A stretch of 64,000 nt of DNA. It comes from Gemmatimonadota bacterium. Lineage in GTDB: Bacteria; Gemmatimonadota; Gemmatimonadetes; Palauibacterales; KS3-K002. The stretch spans positions 16,647-80,646 of the forward strand of contig JBDHGH010000003.1 of the NCBI GenBank assembly GCA_039589995.1. Reading direction: 5' to 3'. Both the position numbers and the translations under genes were made by a program. Shown one piece after another: positions 9,347-17,551 of the stretch. Below the pieces are notes generated by a model. It saw only the letters and a program-made list of their open reading frames with translations. It was not told the DNA's origin and ran no database searches. The stretch's first letter is position 1. Each line of letters begins with the position of its first letter.

Positions 9347-10396
9347 ATGACAATCGTTCGTAACTGGTTCGGTGAGCGCCTGCCTGTCTCGGGTCGACAG
9401 TTTCGCGAGCTGACCAATGAACCGGTTCCCTATCATCTGAAGCGCTGGTGGTTCGCTCTCGGCGGCACGCCGGCCTACCTGTTCATAGTCCAGATCTTCA
9501 CCGGCATCCTGCTGGCCTTCTACTACGAAGCGTCGCCGGTCACCGCGTACGAGTCGGTGGAATACATCACACGCGAGGTTTCGTTCGGGTGGTACATCCG
9601 AAGCGTACACAAGTGGGCCGCCACCCTGATGATCGTGGCAGTCATCCTCCACCAGATGCGCGTGTTCTTCACCGGCGCTTATCGAAAGCCAAGGGAGATC
9701 AACTGGATCGTTGGCATGTGCCTGCTGTTTTGCACGCTCATGACCGGATTTACCGGTTACAGCTTGGTTTACGAGCAATTGAGCTTCTGGGGTGCCACCG
9801 TCGGCGCCAACATCGCCGAAACGGTTCCCTTCATTGGCGGATTCATTAAGCGGATGATGCTGGCGGGTGACGGCTACAACCAGGCTACGCTATCGCGGTT
9901 CTTCGTGCTCCACGCGGCTATCCTGCCGGTGACCATCGTGTTTCTAGTCGCGATTCACATCACGGTGATCCGCATGCAGGGTGTGACCGAGTTCCGTTTC
10001 AAGGACGAAGAAACGGGGGCGCCCAAGACGTTCAACTTTTTCCCGGATCACCTCTACACGGAGCTGATGATCGGTCTCGTATTGATGATCCTGCTCAGTG
10101 CTCTGGCCACGATCCTTCCAGCCACTCTAGGCGAACAGGCCAATCCGCTGCAGACGCCGGAGGTGATCAAGCCGGAATGGTTCTTCTACGTCGCTTTCCG
10201 CTGGCTGAAGCTTTTCGCCGGGACGGCGGCGGTTCTGAGCATGGGCTTCATCGTGTTCATCATGTTCGCATGGCCTTTCATAGACGGTTGGGTGCGAAAA
10301 CACACGCGCTTCCAAGAATTCAGCGTCTATGTGGGGATCATTGGCGTCTTTACCATCATCGGCCTGACGCTGTGGGAAGCTATAGCCCGGCACTAA
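9347..10396 (+). CDS. Cytochrome b/b6 (unsplit) of a Rieske/cytochrome b complex
   Basis: His pairs VHKW...ILHQMR and VLHAA...AIHI; GAYRKPREINW; FTGYSL; Qo motif IKPEWFF. Confidence 0.95.
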   Translation: MTIVRNWFGERLPVSGRQFRELTNEPVPYHLKRWWFALGGTPAYLFIVQIFTGILLAFYYEASPVTAYESVEYITREVSFGWYIRSVHKWAATLMIVAVILHQMRVFFTGAYRKPREINWIVGMCLLFCTLMTGFTGYSLVYEQLSFWGATVGANIAETVPFIGGFIKRMMLAGDGYNQATLSRFFVLHAAILPVTIVFLVAIHITVIRMQGVTEFRFKDEETGAPKTFNFFPDHLYTELMIGLVLMILLSALATILPATLGEQANPLQTPEVIKPEWFFYVAFRWLKLFAGTAAVLSMGFIVFIMFAWPFIDGWVRKHTRFQEFSVYVGIIGVFTIIGLTLWEAIARH

Positions 10397-10456
10397 CTCG
10401 CGGAATCGAATGCTACAACGACGGACCTTCTTAGATCGTAAGTACAGGGGAGATCA

Positions 10457-12100
10457 ATGACTCTCGAGACCAAACGCATCGTCATCGCCGCACTCGGCGG
10501 CCTGTTCCTCGTCTCCCTGATCCTGGTTCAGTGGATGGAGACGGCGCGCAAGGCGGAGGAAGCCGGCCTGAGGGCTCCTCACGTATCCGTTCCGGCGGCA
10601 TCGCGGCAATGTGTCGAGTGCCACGCCGAGGAGAACCCGGGGATCGTGGCGCACTGGGAGGGCAGCACGCACGCGCAGACGGGCGTGGGCTGCCTGGAGT
10701 GCCATCAGGCCGAGCGCGAAGAGGCGGACAGTTACCTGCACCACGGCGAACAGATCGCCACGATCGTGACGCCACGCGATTGTGCACGCTGTCACGACCA
10801 CGAGGCCGAAGAGTTCGCACAGAGCCACCACGCTGCAGGCGGTAATATCCTCGCCTCGCTGGACAACTTCCTGGCCGAGACGGTGGAAGGCGCGCGTATG
10901 TTCTTCAGCCCCCACTCGCCGACGCCGGGCAAAGCCGTGGAGTTCGTGAACGGCTTCGCCAGCGCCAACTCCGGGTGCCAGCAGTGCCACGGCTCGAAGG
11001 TGGCTTTGACCTCCAGCGATGGCGGCGCGATCACCGTGGACGATCTCGAGCCCGACGCTGACGGCCGCCCCACCAACCTCGATGCCGTCGGCCGCATCGT
11101 ACGCGACGAAAACGGAAAGCCGATTCTAAGCTCGATGACTTGGCCCAACACCGGAATCGGTCGCCTGAACCTCGACGGCTCGCGTGGGTCCTGTACCGCC
11201 TGCCATAGCCGACACGACTTCTCGCCGCGCCGCGCCCGGCAGCCCGAGAACTGTGGCAAGTGCCACTTGGGGCCGGACCACCCGCAGAAGGAAGTCTACG
11301 AGGAGTCGAAGCACGGGATCGCGTTCCGGGACCTGAAGGCAGAGATGAACCTGGATGCCAGTGAGTGGGTGCTCGGCCGGGACTATGCGGCGGCTCCTAC
11401 GTGCGCCACCTGTCACATGTCGGCCAACATTCGCAACGGCGGTCGGATCACGCACGATCCGGGCGAGCGGATATCCTGGACGAACCGTCCGGCGGTCAGC
11501 CTGGTGATGGACACCGATATCAACCACAACATCGTCACCGAGACGGAGCCGGAAACTCGGCGCTCCCTCATCCACGACACCGCAGAACAGAAGCGGGACC
11601 GGATGAAGGAAGTCTGTTCGAACTGCCACACGACCGCCTACGTCAATGACTTCTACAAGCAGTACGACGCGCTGGTAATCCTCTACAACGAGAAGTTCGC
11701 GAAGCCCGGATTGGCTATCATGGGCGCACTGGTGAACAACGGTCTACGCACACCGACGAACTTCGACGAAGAGATAGAGTGGACGTGGTTCTACCTGTGG
11801 CATCACGAAGGCCGCCGAGCACGGCATGGCGCCTCGATGATGGCACCCGATTACACGCACTGGCACGGCATGTACGAAGTCGCCGAGCGTTTCTACATGG
11901 AGCTAATCCCGCAGGCACGAGAGATCGTGAGCCACGCGCTTACCGAGGGACATCGTAACGAGGCGTTTGCGGTCAGCGCAGTTATCGACGAGATCCTCGC
12001 GCGGCCCGAGCACATCTGGTTCGAAGAAGGAGCCGAAGCGCAAATGCAGCGGATCCGAGAGGAAATGGAACGTCGCTACGGGCGCGGACAGCAGAACTGA
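10457..12100 (+). CDS. Membrane-anchored octaheme cytochrome c, hydroxylamine oxidoreductase-like; probably reductive (nitrite/NO/hydroxylamine reductase)
   Basis: Eight CxxCH motifs (CVECH, CLECH, CARCH, CQQCH, CTACH, CGKCH, CATCH, CSNCH); CHSRHDFS; GPDHPQKEVYEESKHG; MMAPDYTHWHG; N-terminal TM helix. Confidence 0.88.
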   Translation: MTLETKRIVIAALGGLFLVSLILVQWMETARKAEEAGLRAPHVSVPAASRQCVECHAEENPGIVAHWEGSTHAQTGVGCLECHQAEREEADSYLHHGEQIATIVTPRDCARCHDHEAEEFAQSHHAAGGNILASLDNFLAETVEGARMFFSPHSPTPGKAVEFVNGFASANSGCQQCHGSKVALTSSDGGAITVDDLEPDADGRPTNLDAVGRIVRDENGKPILSSMTWPNTGIGRLNLDGSRGSCTACHSRHDFSPRRARQPENCGKCHLGPDHPQKEVYEESKHGIAFRDLKAEMNLDASEWVLGRDYAAAPTCATCHMSANIRNGGRITHDPGERISWTNRPAVSLVMDTDINHNIVTETEPETRRSLIHDTAEQKRDRMKEVCSNCHTTAYVNDFYKQYDALVILYNEKFAKPGLAIMGALVNNGLRTPTNFDEEIEWTWFYLWHHEGRRARHGASMMAPDYTHWHGMYEVAERFYMELIPQAREIVSHALTEGHRNEAFAVSAVIDEILARPEHIWFEEGAEAQMQRIREEMERRYGRGQQN

Positions 12101-12115
12101 ATAAGGAAAGTCGCC

Positions 12116-14491
12116 ATGAAACGGAGGAAATTCCTTAAGACCCTGGGCGCGTCGACGGTTGGCGTCGCCGCCTTCTCGTGCACCGACCAGGAACAGGCTC
12201 GACGCCTGCAAGGTGACGCTGGATCCATATCCGAGGCGGACCTGACCTGGAGCAAAGCACCTTGTCGTTACTGCGGCACCGGCTGCGGCGTCGAGGTCGG
12301 CGTGAAGGACGGGCACGTGGTAACGGTGCGAGGCGACGAGAAGAGCCCCGTTAACCGCGGCCTACTGTGCGTGAAGGGATACCATCTGCCTGGCATGCTG
12401 TACGGCGAAGATCGGCTGAAGTACCCGATGCTTCGCGAGGGCGACGGCTGGAAGCGCATCTCTTGGGACGAGGCGTTGGATCTCGTCGCGGCGAAGTACC
12501 AGGAAGCGCTCGACGAGTCGGGGCCCGAGTCCGTGGCGATCTACGGGTCGGGCCAGTGGACAGTGTTCGACGGCTACGCCGCATCGAAATGGTTCCGCGG
12601 CGGCCTGCGCAGCAACAACGTCGAGCCCAACGCGCGTCTCTGCATGGCTTCTGCCGTGACCGGCTTCATGACGCAGTTCCAGAGCGACGAGCCCATGGGC
12701 TGCTACGAGGATTTCGAAGTCGGCGACGACTTCATCCTCTGGGGCAATAACATGGCCGAGATGCACCCGGTGCTGTTCTCGCGCATCCTGGCGAACAAGC
12801 GAGAGAACCCCGGCGTTCGCATAATCGACCTCGGCACGCGACGCACTCCAACCACCGACCACGCCGACATGTACGTGGAGTTCACGCCGAACAGCGATCT
12901 GGCCATCGCCAACGGCATACTCCACCTGTTGCTCCGCGACGGGAACGTGAACAACGCTTTCGTGCGCGAGAACGTGATCTTCAAGCGCGGAATCGAAGAT
13001 CTCGAGCAGATCGGCTACGGATGTTGGGGTGAGGACGGCCTGGCGCTCAGCCCAGACGCCGTGCCCGCCGAACGTTACCTCTTCCGCGATCAGGGTCGCG
13101 ATTCTTCCTTCGAAGAACTCGAGGCGTTCCTCGCCGATTACACGCCGGAACGAGTCAGCGAGATCTCCGGCGTGCCGGTCCAGCAGATCCATCAGTTGGC
13201 CGATATTTACGGCGATCCCAACCGCGGCACCGTCAGCCTTTGGTGCATGGGGGTGAACCAGCACGTCCGCGGCACCTGGATGAACAATCTGATCACCGAC
13301 CTGCACCTGATCACGGGAAAGATCAGCCGCCCCGGCGCCAACCCATGGAGCCTGACGGGCCAGCCCTCGGCATGCGGCACGGTACGCGAGGTCGGCACGC
13401 TGGCGCATCGTCTGCCCGCCGACATGGTGGTGATGAACGCCGAGCATCGGGCGAAGGCTGAAGAGATCTGGGGGTTGCCCGAGGGCACCATCCCACCTCG
13501 GCCCGGCTACCACACGATGGACATGTTTCGCGCCTTCATGCGCGGCGACGTTAAAGTGATGTGGACGCAGACCACGAACCCCTGGGTGAGCATCCCGAAC
13601 CTGAACCGCATCCAGCGCGAGCCCGGCGACGGCAAGTTCCTGATCGTCAGCGACATCTACCCGACGCCATCCACAGAGGTGGCCGACCTGGTTCTGCCGG
13701 CTGCGGCCTGGGTGGAACGCGAGGGTGTGTTCGGAAACTCCGAGCGTCGCACCCAGCAGTGGAACAAAGCGGTCGAGCCCCCCGGCGAAGCCAAGGAAGA
13801 TGCCTGGCAGATCGTCGAGGTAGCCAAGCGCATGGGCATGGAGCACCTGTTCCCGTGGCCGGACGATGACTGGCACGAGCCGATGTACGAAGAGTATCGG
13901 AGCTTCACTCTGGGACTGGGCAAGGACGTGGGTTCCTACGCGCAGCTGAAAGAGGCACGCGGGCTATTGTGGCCGGTGGTCGACGGCGTAGAGACGCGTT
14001 ACCGCTATGCCGCCGGCTACGATCCTTATGTGCAGAAGAGCCGCGGGGTGCACTTCTACAAAGCCAAGGGCTACGGCGAGCGGGCGGCGTTCTGGCTGCG
14101 GCCGTGGCACCCGGCGGCCGAGTCGCCGGACGAGGAATTCCCGTTCTGGCTATGCACGGGCCGCGTCCTGGAGCACTGGCACACCGGCTCGATGACCCGA
14201 AGGGTGAAGCAGCTGCACCAGGCGGTGACCGAAGGCTACGTCGAGGTGAACCGCGCCGATGCGCAGCGCCTGGGGGTTGGTGCCGGTCAGATGGTCCGCG
14301 TGGTCAGTCGACGCGGGACCCTCGAGCTGCCTGCCATGATCGACGGCAGGGGCAAGCCTCCGCAGGGATCGGTCTTCATTCCGTTCTTCGACGAAGCACG
14401 GTTACCCAACGTGCTGACCGTCGACGCTATGGACAACATCAGCAAAGAACCGGATTTCAAGAAATGCGCGGTCCGACTAGAGCTCGTCTGA
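12116..14491 (+). CDS. napA: Periplasmic nitrate reductase catalytic subunit
   Basis: Tat MKRRKFLK; CRYCGTGC 4Fe-4S; NARLCMASA Mo ligand; DEPMGCY; NMAEMHP; SLTGQPSACGT; GRVLEHWHTGSMTRR; PDFKKCAV. Confidence 0.96.
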   Translation: MKRRKFLKTLGASTVGVAAFSCTDQEQARRLQGDAGSISEADLTWSKAPCRYCGTGCGVEVGVKDGHVVTVRGDEKSPVNRGLLCVKGYHLPGMLYGEDRLKYPMLREGDGWKRISWDEALDLVAAKYQEALDESGPESVAIYGSGQWTVFDGYAASKWFRGGLRSNNVEPNARLCMASAVTGFMTQFQSDEPMGCYEDFEVGDDFILWGNNMAEMHPVLFSRILANKRENPGVRIIDLGTRRTPTTDHADMYVEFTPNSDLAIANGILHLLLRDGNVNNAFVRENVIFKRGIEDLEQIGYGCWGEDGLALSPDAVPAERYLFRDQGRDSSFEELEAFLADYTPERVSEISGVPVQQIHQLADIYGDPNRGTVSLWCMGVNQHVRGTWMNNLITDLHLITGKISRPGANPWSLTGQPSACGTVREVGTLAHRLPADMVVMNAEHRAKAEEIWGLPEGTIPPRPGYHTMDMFRAFMRGDVKVMWTQTTNPWVSIPNLNRIQREPGDGKFLIVSDIYPTPSTEVADLVLPAAAWVEREGVFGNSERRTQQWNKAVEPPGEAKEDAWQIVEVAKRMGMEHLFPWPDDDWHEPMYEEYRSFTLGLGKDVGSYAQLKEARGLLWPVVDGVETRYRYAAGYDPYVQKSRGVHFYKAKGYGERAAFWLRPWHPAAESPDEEFPFWLCTGRVLEHWHTGSMTRRVKQLHQAVTEGYVEVNRADAQRLGVGAGQMVRVVSRRGTLELPAMIDGRGKPPQGSVFIPFFDEARLPNVLTVDAMDNISKEPDFKKCAVRLELV

Positions 14492-15585
14492 CGATCTGCG
14501 TTCTGGCCGGTGCCGCACTGACGGCATCCGGCTGTAGCTACGGTGACAGGGTCCCGGTCCCCGACCGGGAGGGAGCGGTCAAATCGACCGCCGCCGTGAG
14601 GGCCGACCGGCGCGCCTACGACGGCGCGCCACCGACGATCCCGCACGCAGCCTTCGGTGCACGCTGCGCCGCGTGTCATAACGCGCAGGGGCAATCGGTG
14701 AGCGGGGTCGGCTTCGCCCCCGCTTCTCCCCACGAGGGAACGGCTGTGGCCGGCGCCACCGCCCGCTGTAACCAATGTCACGTCTACGTCACCGACGGAG
14801 GACTGTTCGTGCCCTCCGAGTACCAACCTCTCGAACAGAACCTGCGGCACGGAAGTCGAGCGACGCCGGGCGCGCCGCCGACCATTCCGCACCGTATTCT
14901 GATGCGAGAGAACTGCGTGGCCTGTCACGATGGACCGGGCGCTCGCGAAGAAGTGCGCACGACGCACCCCGAGCGCTGGCGCTGCCGGCAGTGCCACGTC
15001 CCGGCCACGGCACGGGAAGGCTTCGACAGCGACCTGGGTTCAGGCTACATAAACGGGGACGAAGCGCGGCGCCTCTGGGACGGCGCCAAGGAAGCCCAGG
15101 CCAGTGCTGCCGACAATCTGATTTCACTTTGCGAATCCCTCGATCTCGGTCTGCACGCGGCCGAAATTCTGGCCATCAGCCGGTTGAATCCTATAAAGGA
15201 CAGTTTCCCCGCGACCATCGGGCTGCTGCTGAACATGCCGATGCCCGAGGTGGATCCTCTGCAGGACGGCATCAACGTGCCCAAATCGCTGCTGTTCACC
15301 GATGTCATCGATCTGCTCAGCATCGAAGAGCTCGAGTGCGTAAGCCCCGGGATGCACAGGGGCTGGGAAGACAGACGCTTTGCCTGCCGACGCTCTCGTG
15401 GTGCCGCCCAGGAAGCCACCCGTGTCTCGCTCTCGGCCGAAGACCAGAAGCAATTGCTGGTACTGGCAGCTTACCGTAACCGGCTCTTCCGAGCCCCTCC
15501 ACCCGTCCGCATCGAAACCAGCGCGATCCTACCCGCGTTCAAGCACTTGGAGAAGCTGGTGGAAGGACTGCTGGCCGCCGGCTAG
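14464..15585 (+). CDS. Tetraheme NapB-like lipoprotein (two NapB-like repeats) with a ~175-aa unrelated C-terminal extension
   Basis: ATG 14464 overlaps the napA 3' end; lipobox LTASGC; two GAPPTIPH repeats with CAACH/CNQCH and CVACH/CRQCH. Confidence 0.8.
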   Translation: MRGPTRARLTICVLAGAALTASGCSYGDRVPVPDREGAVKSTAAVRADRRAYDGAPPTIPHAAFGARCAACHNAQGQSVSGVGFAPASPHEGTAVAGATARCNQCHVYVTDGGLFVPSEYQPLEQNLRHGSRATPGAPPTIPHRILMRENCVACHDGPGAREEVRTTHPERWRCRQCHVPATAREGFDSDLGSGYINGDEARRLWDGAKEAQASAADNLISLCESLDLGLHAAEILAISRLNPIKDSFPATIGLLLNMPMPEVDPLQDGINVPKSLLFTDVIDLLSIEELECVSPGMHRGWEDRRFACRRSRGAAQEATRVSLSAEDQKQLLVLAAYRNRLFRAPPPVRIETSAILPAFKHLEKLVEGLLAAG

Positions 15586-15655
15586 CCTCGTTCTCTAGCG
15601 CGCCAGGGCAGTTTGAGCCTACGTTTGCCGTCGTCAATCGGTAGCGAGGAGGATC

Positions 15656-16837
15656 ATGGAGCTGCTGTCCAAAGCCGAGGCACTCGCCCCGGATCTGGTT
15701 GAGATTCGGCGTGACATACACGCCCACCCCGAGCTGTCTTTCCAGGAGAAACGCACCGCCGCCCTCGTCGCCGAACGGCTGCGGGGCCTCGGATTCGACG
15801 TCCGAACCGACGTCGGAGTGACAGGTTGCGTCGGCGAGCTGATCACGGGCTCCGGGCCCACAATCGCGTTGCGCGCAGACATGGACGCGCTGCCGATCCA
15901 GGAGACCAACGAAGTCCCTTATCGATCCCAGAACATAGGCGTCATGCACGCCTGCGGGCACGACGCCCACGTGACCTGCCTTTTGGGTGCCGCCCAGTTG
16001 TTAGCGGAGAGTGCCCAAGGTGGCACGCTGCCGGCAGGGCGCGTCCGTCTCCTGTTCCAACCCTCGGAAGAGACGACCGACGCCGACAACGTCGGCGGAG
16101 CCGTGCGCATGATGGAAGACGGAGCCATGGACGGCGTTGACGCGGTCATCGGCCTGCACGTGGCCTCGGAATCGCCCGTCGGTCAGATCCTCTTCCGGGA
16201 AGGCCCGCTGATGGCAGGCAACGACACGCTGCGGGCCACGATCGAGGGCGCGAACGCACACGCGGCGCTTCCACACGAAGGCGTCGACGCTATCGTGATC
16301 GCCAGTCAGGTGATTTTGGCGGCGCAGAATGTGGTCGCGCGGAGAATCGACCCGCTTGAACCCGCTGTGATCACGTTCGGCACCATCGGGGGCGGAACGG
16401 CGGAGAATATCGTCTGCAACGAGGTTCGGCTCGAGGGCACACTGCGCTATTTCAGCTTCGACGTACGCAGGCAACTGCACGATGAATTGCGTCGTGCGTT
16501 TGCCGTGGCCGACGCTATGGGCGGTCGCGGCCGACTCGAGATTCGCGACGGCAACCCACCCGTGATCAACGACGCTAAGCTCAACGGCTTGGTCCGTTCG
16601 GCTGCCGAGTCGGTCGTCGGCAAGGCGGACGTAGAGCAGGCCGACCTGATCATGGGAGCCGAGGATTTCGCACACCTGGCCCAGAACACGCCGGGTTGCT
16701 TCTTCTGGGTGGGGGCTCAGATCGCGGATGACCCGCGCAGTCATCATTCGCCACGCTTCGACATAGACGAAAGGTGTCTACCCCGGGGAGCGGCCGTTAT
16801 GGCAGCGGCTGCCCACAAGGCGCTGGCCGAGTGGTAG
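15656..16837 (+). CDS. M20D family amidohydrolase
   Basis: HAHPELSFQE, ALRADMDALP, MHACGHDAH, FQPSEE, GAEDF, HHSPRF. Confidence 0.92.
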   Translation: MELLSKAEALAPDLVEIRRDIHAHPELSFQEKRTAALVAERLRGLGFDVRTDVGVTGCVGELITGSGPTIALRADMDALPIQETNEVPYRSQNIGVMHACGHDAHVTCLLGAAQLLAESAQGGTLPAGRVRLLFQPSEETTDADNVGGAVRMMEDGAMDGVDAVIGLHVASESPVGQILFREGPLMAGNDTLRATIEGANAHAALPHEGVDAIVIASQVILAAQNVVARRIDPLEPAVITFGTIGGGTAENIVCNEVRLEGTLRYFSFDVRRQLHDELRRAFAVADAMGGRGRLEIRDGNPPVINDAKLNGLVRSAAESVVGKADVEQADLIMGAEDFAHLAQNTPGCFFWVGAQIADDPRSHHSPRFDIDERCLPRGAAVMAAAAHKALAEW

Positions 16838-17535
16838 CGACTGCGGCTCCCCCGCGATCGACCCGGCGACGCGTGCGTGCGCTCAACCGAAGGCTGGAGC
16901 GGTCGTACGGTCCGGCGAAAAAGCTGAGGCTCGATCCGTTGGACGAGTTGATGCTCACGATCCTCAGCCAGAGCACTTCCGACACCAACCGCGACCGGGC
17001 CTACGAGATTCTCCGATCGCGTTTTCCGAACTGGGAGGACGTGCGCAAGGCGCGCCGCTCACAGGTCGAGGATGCGATCCGCTCGGCGGGACTCTGGAAA
17101 CAGAAGGCCCAAGTGCTGCAGGAAACGCTCGACGCGCTACACGAACGGAACGGTGGCCTCGAGATGGATTTTCTCGAGCGTATGTCCGACGCCGAGGTGA
17201 TCGACTATCTGACCGCTTTCCGCGGCGTTGGCGTCAAGACCGCGGCTTGCGTTCTCTGTTTCTCCATGGGCCGACCTTACATGCCGGTGGACACGCATGT
17301 GCATCGAATGGCGCGGCGACTGGGTTTGATCGCGGATCGCGCCACGGCGGAACAGGCTCATAGTATTCTGAATCGTGATGACTCCGTACCACCGGAGATA
17401 CGCTTCACCTTCCACATTCAACTCATACGTCATGGGCGCGCCGTGTGCCGGGCAAGACGTCCCGCGTGTGAGGAGTGTGTGCTTGGGGATCTTTGTCCGA
17501 AGGTCGAGGTGCCAATACCGGTGACAGCCCAATGA
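16831..17535 (+). CDS. Endonuclease III-like HhH-GPD DNA glycosylase with 4Fe-4S cluster
   Basis: TILSQST, GVGVKTA, PVDTHV, CRARRPACEECVLGDLC. Start inferred at GTG 16831. Confidence 0.88.
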   Translation: MVATAAPPRSTRRRVRALNRRLERSYGPAKKLRLDPLDELMLTILSQSTSDTNRDRAYEILRSRFPNWEDVRKARRSQVEDAIRSAGLWKQKAQVLQETLDALHERNGGLEMDFLERMSDAEVIDYLTAFRGVGVKTAACVLCFSMGRPYMPVDTHVHRMARRLGLIADRATAEQAHSILNRDDSVPPEIRFTFHIQLIRHGRAVCRARRPACEECVLGDLCPKVEVPIPVTAQ

Positions 17536-17551
17536 ACGAGAGGAAACAGCC

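Noticed and set aside
10457-12100. Evidence for ammonia oxidation or anammox
   Set aside because: No amo, cycAB or hzs genes; the cross-link Tyr appears absent; the context is nitrate reduction.
12362-13876. 504-aa antisense ORF within napA, and similar long shadow ORFs (26243..27880, 1645..2817)
   Set aside because: Typical stop-poor alternative frames of GC-rich coding DNA, with no recognisable motifs.
13969-14463. N-terminal 165 aa of the 538-aa ORF
   Set aside because: Overlaps napA out of frame; the real start is more likely ATG 14464, which gives a lipoprotein signal.
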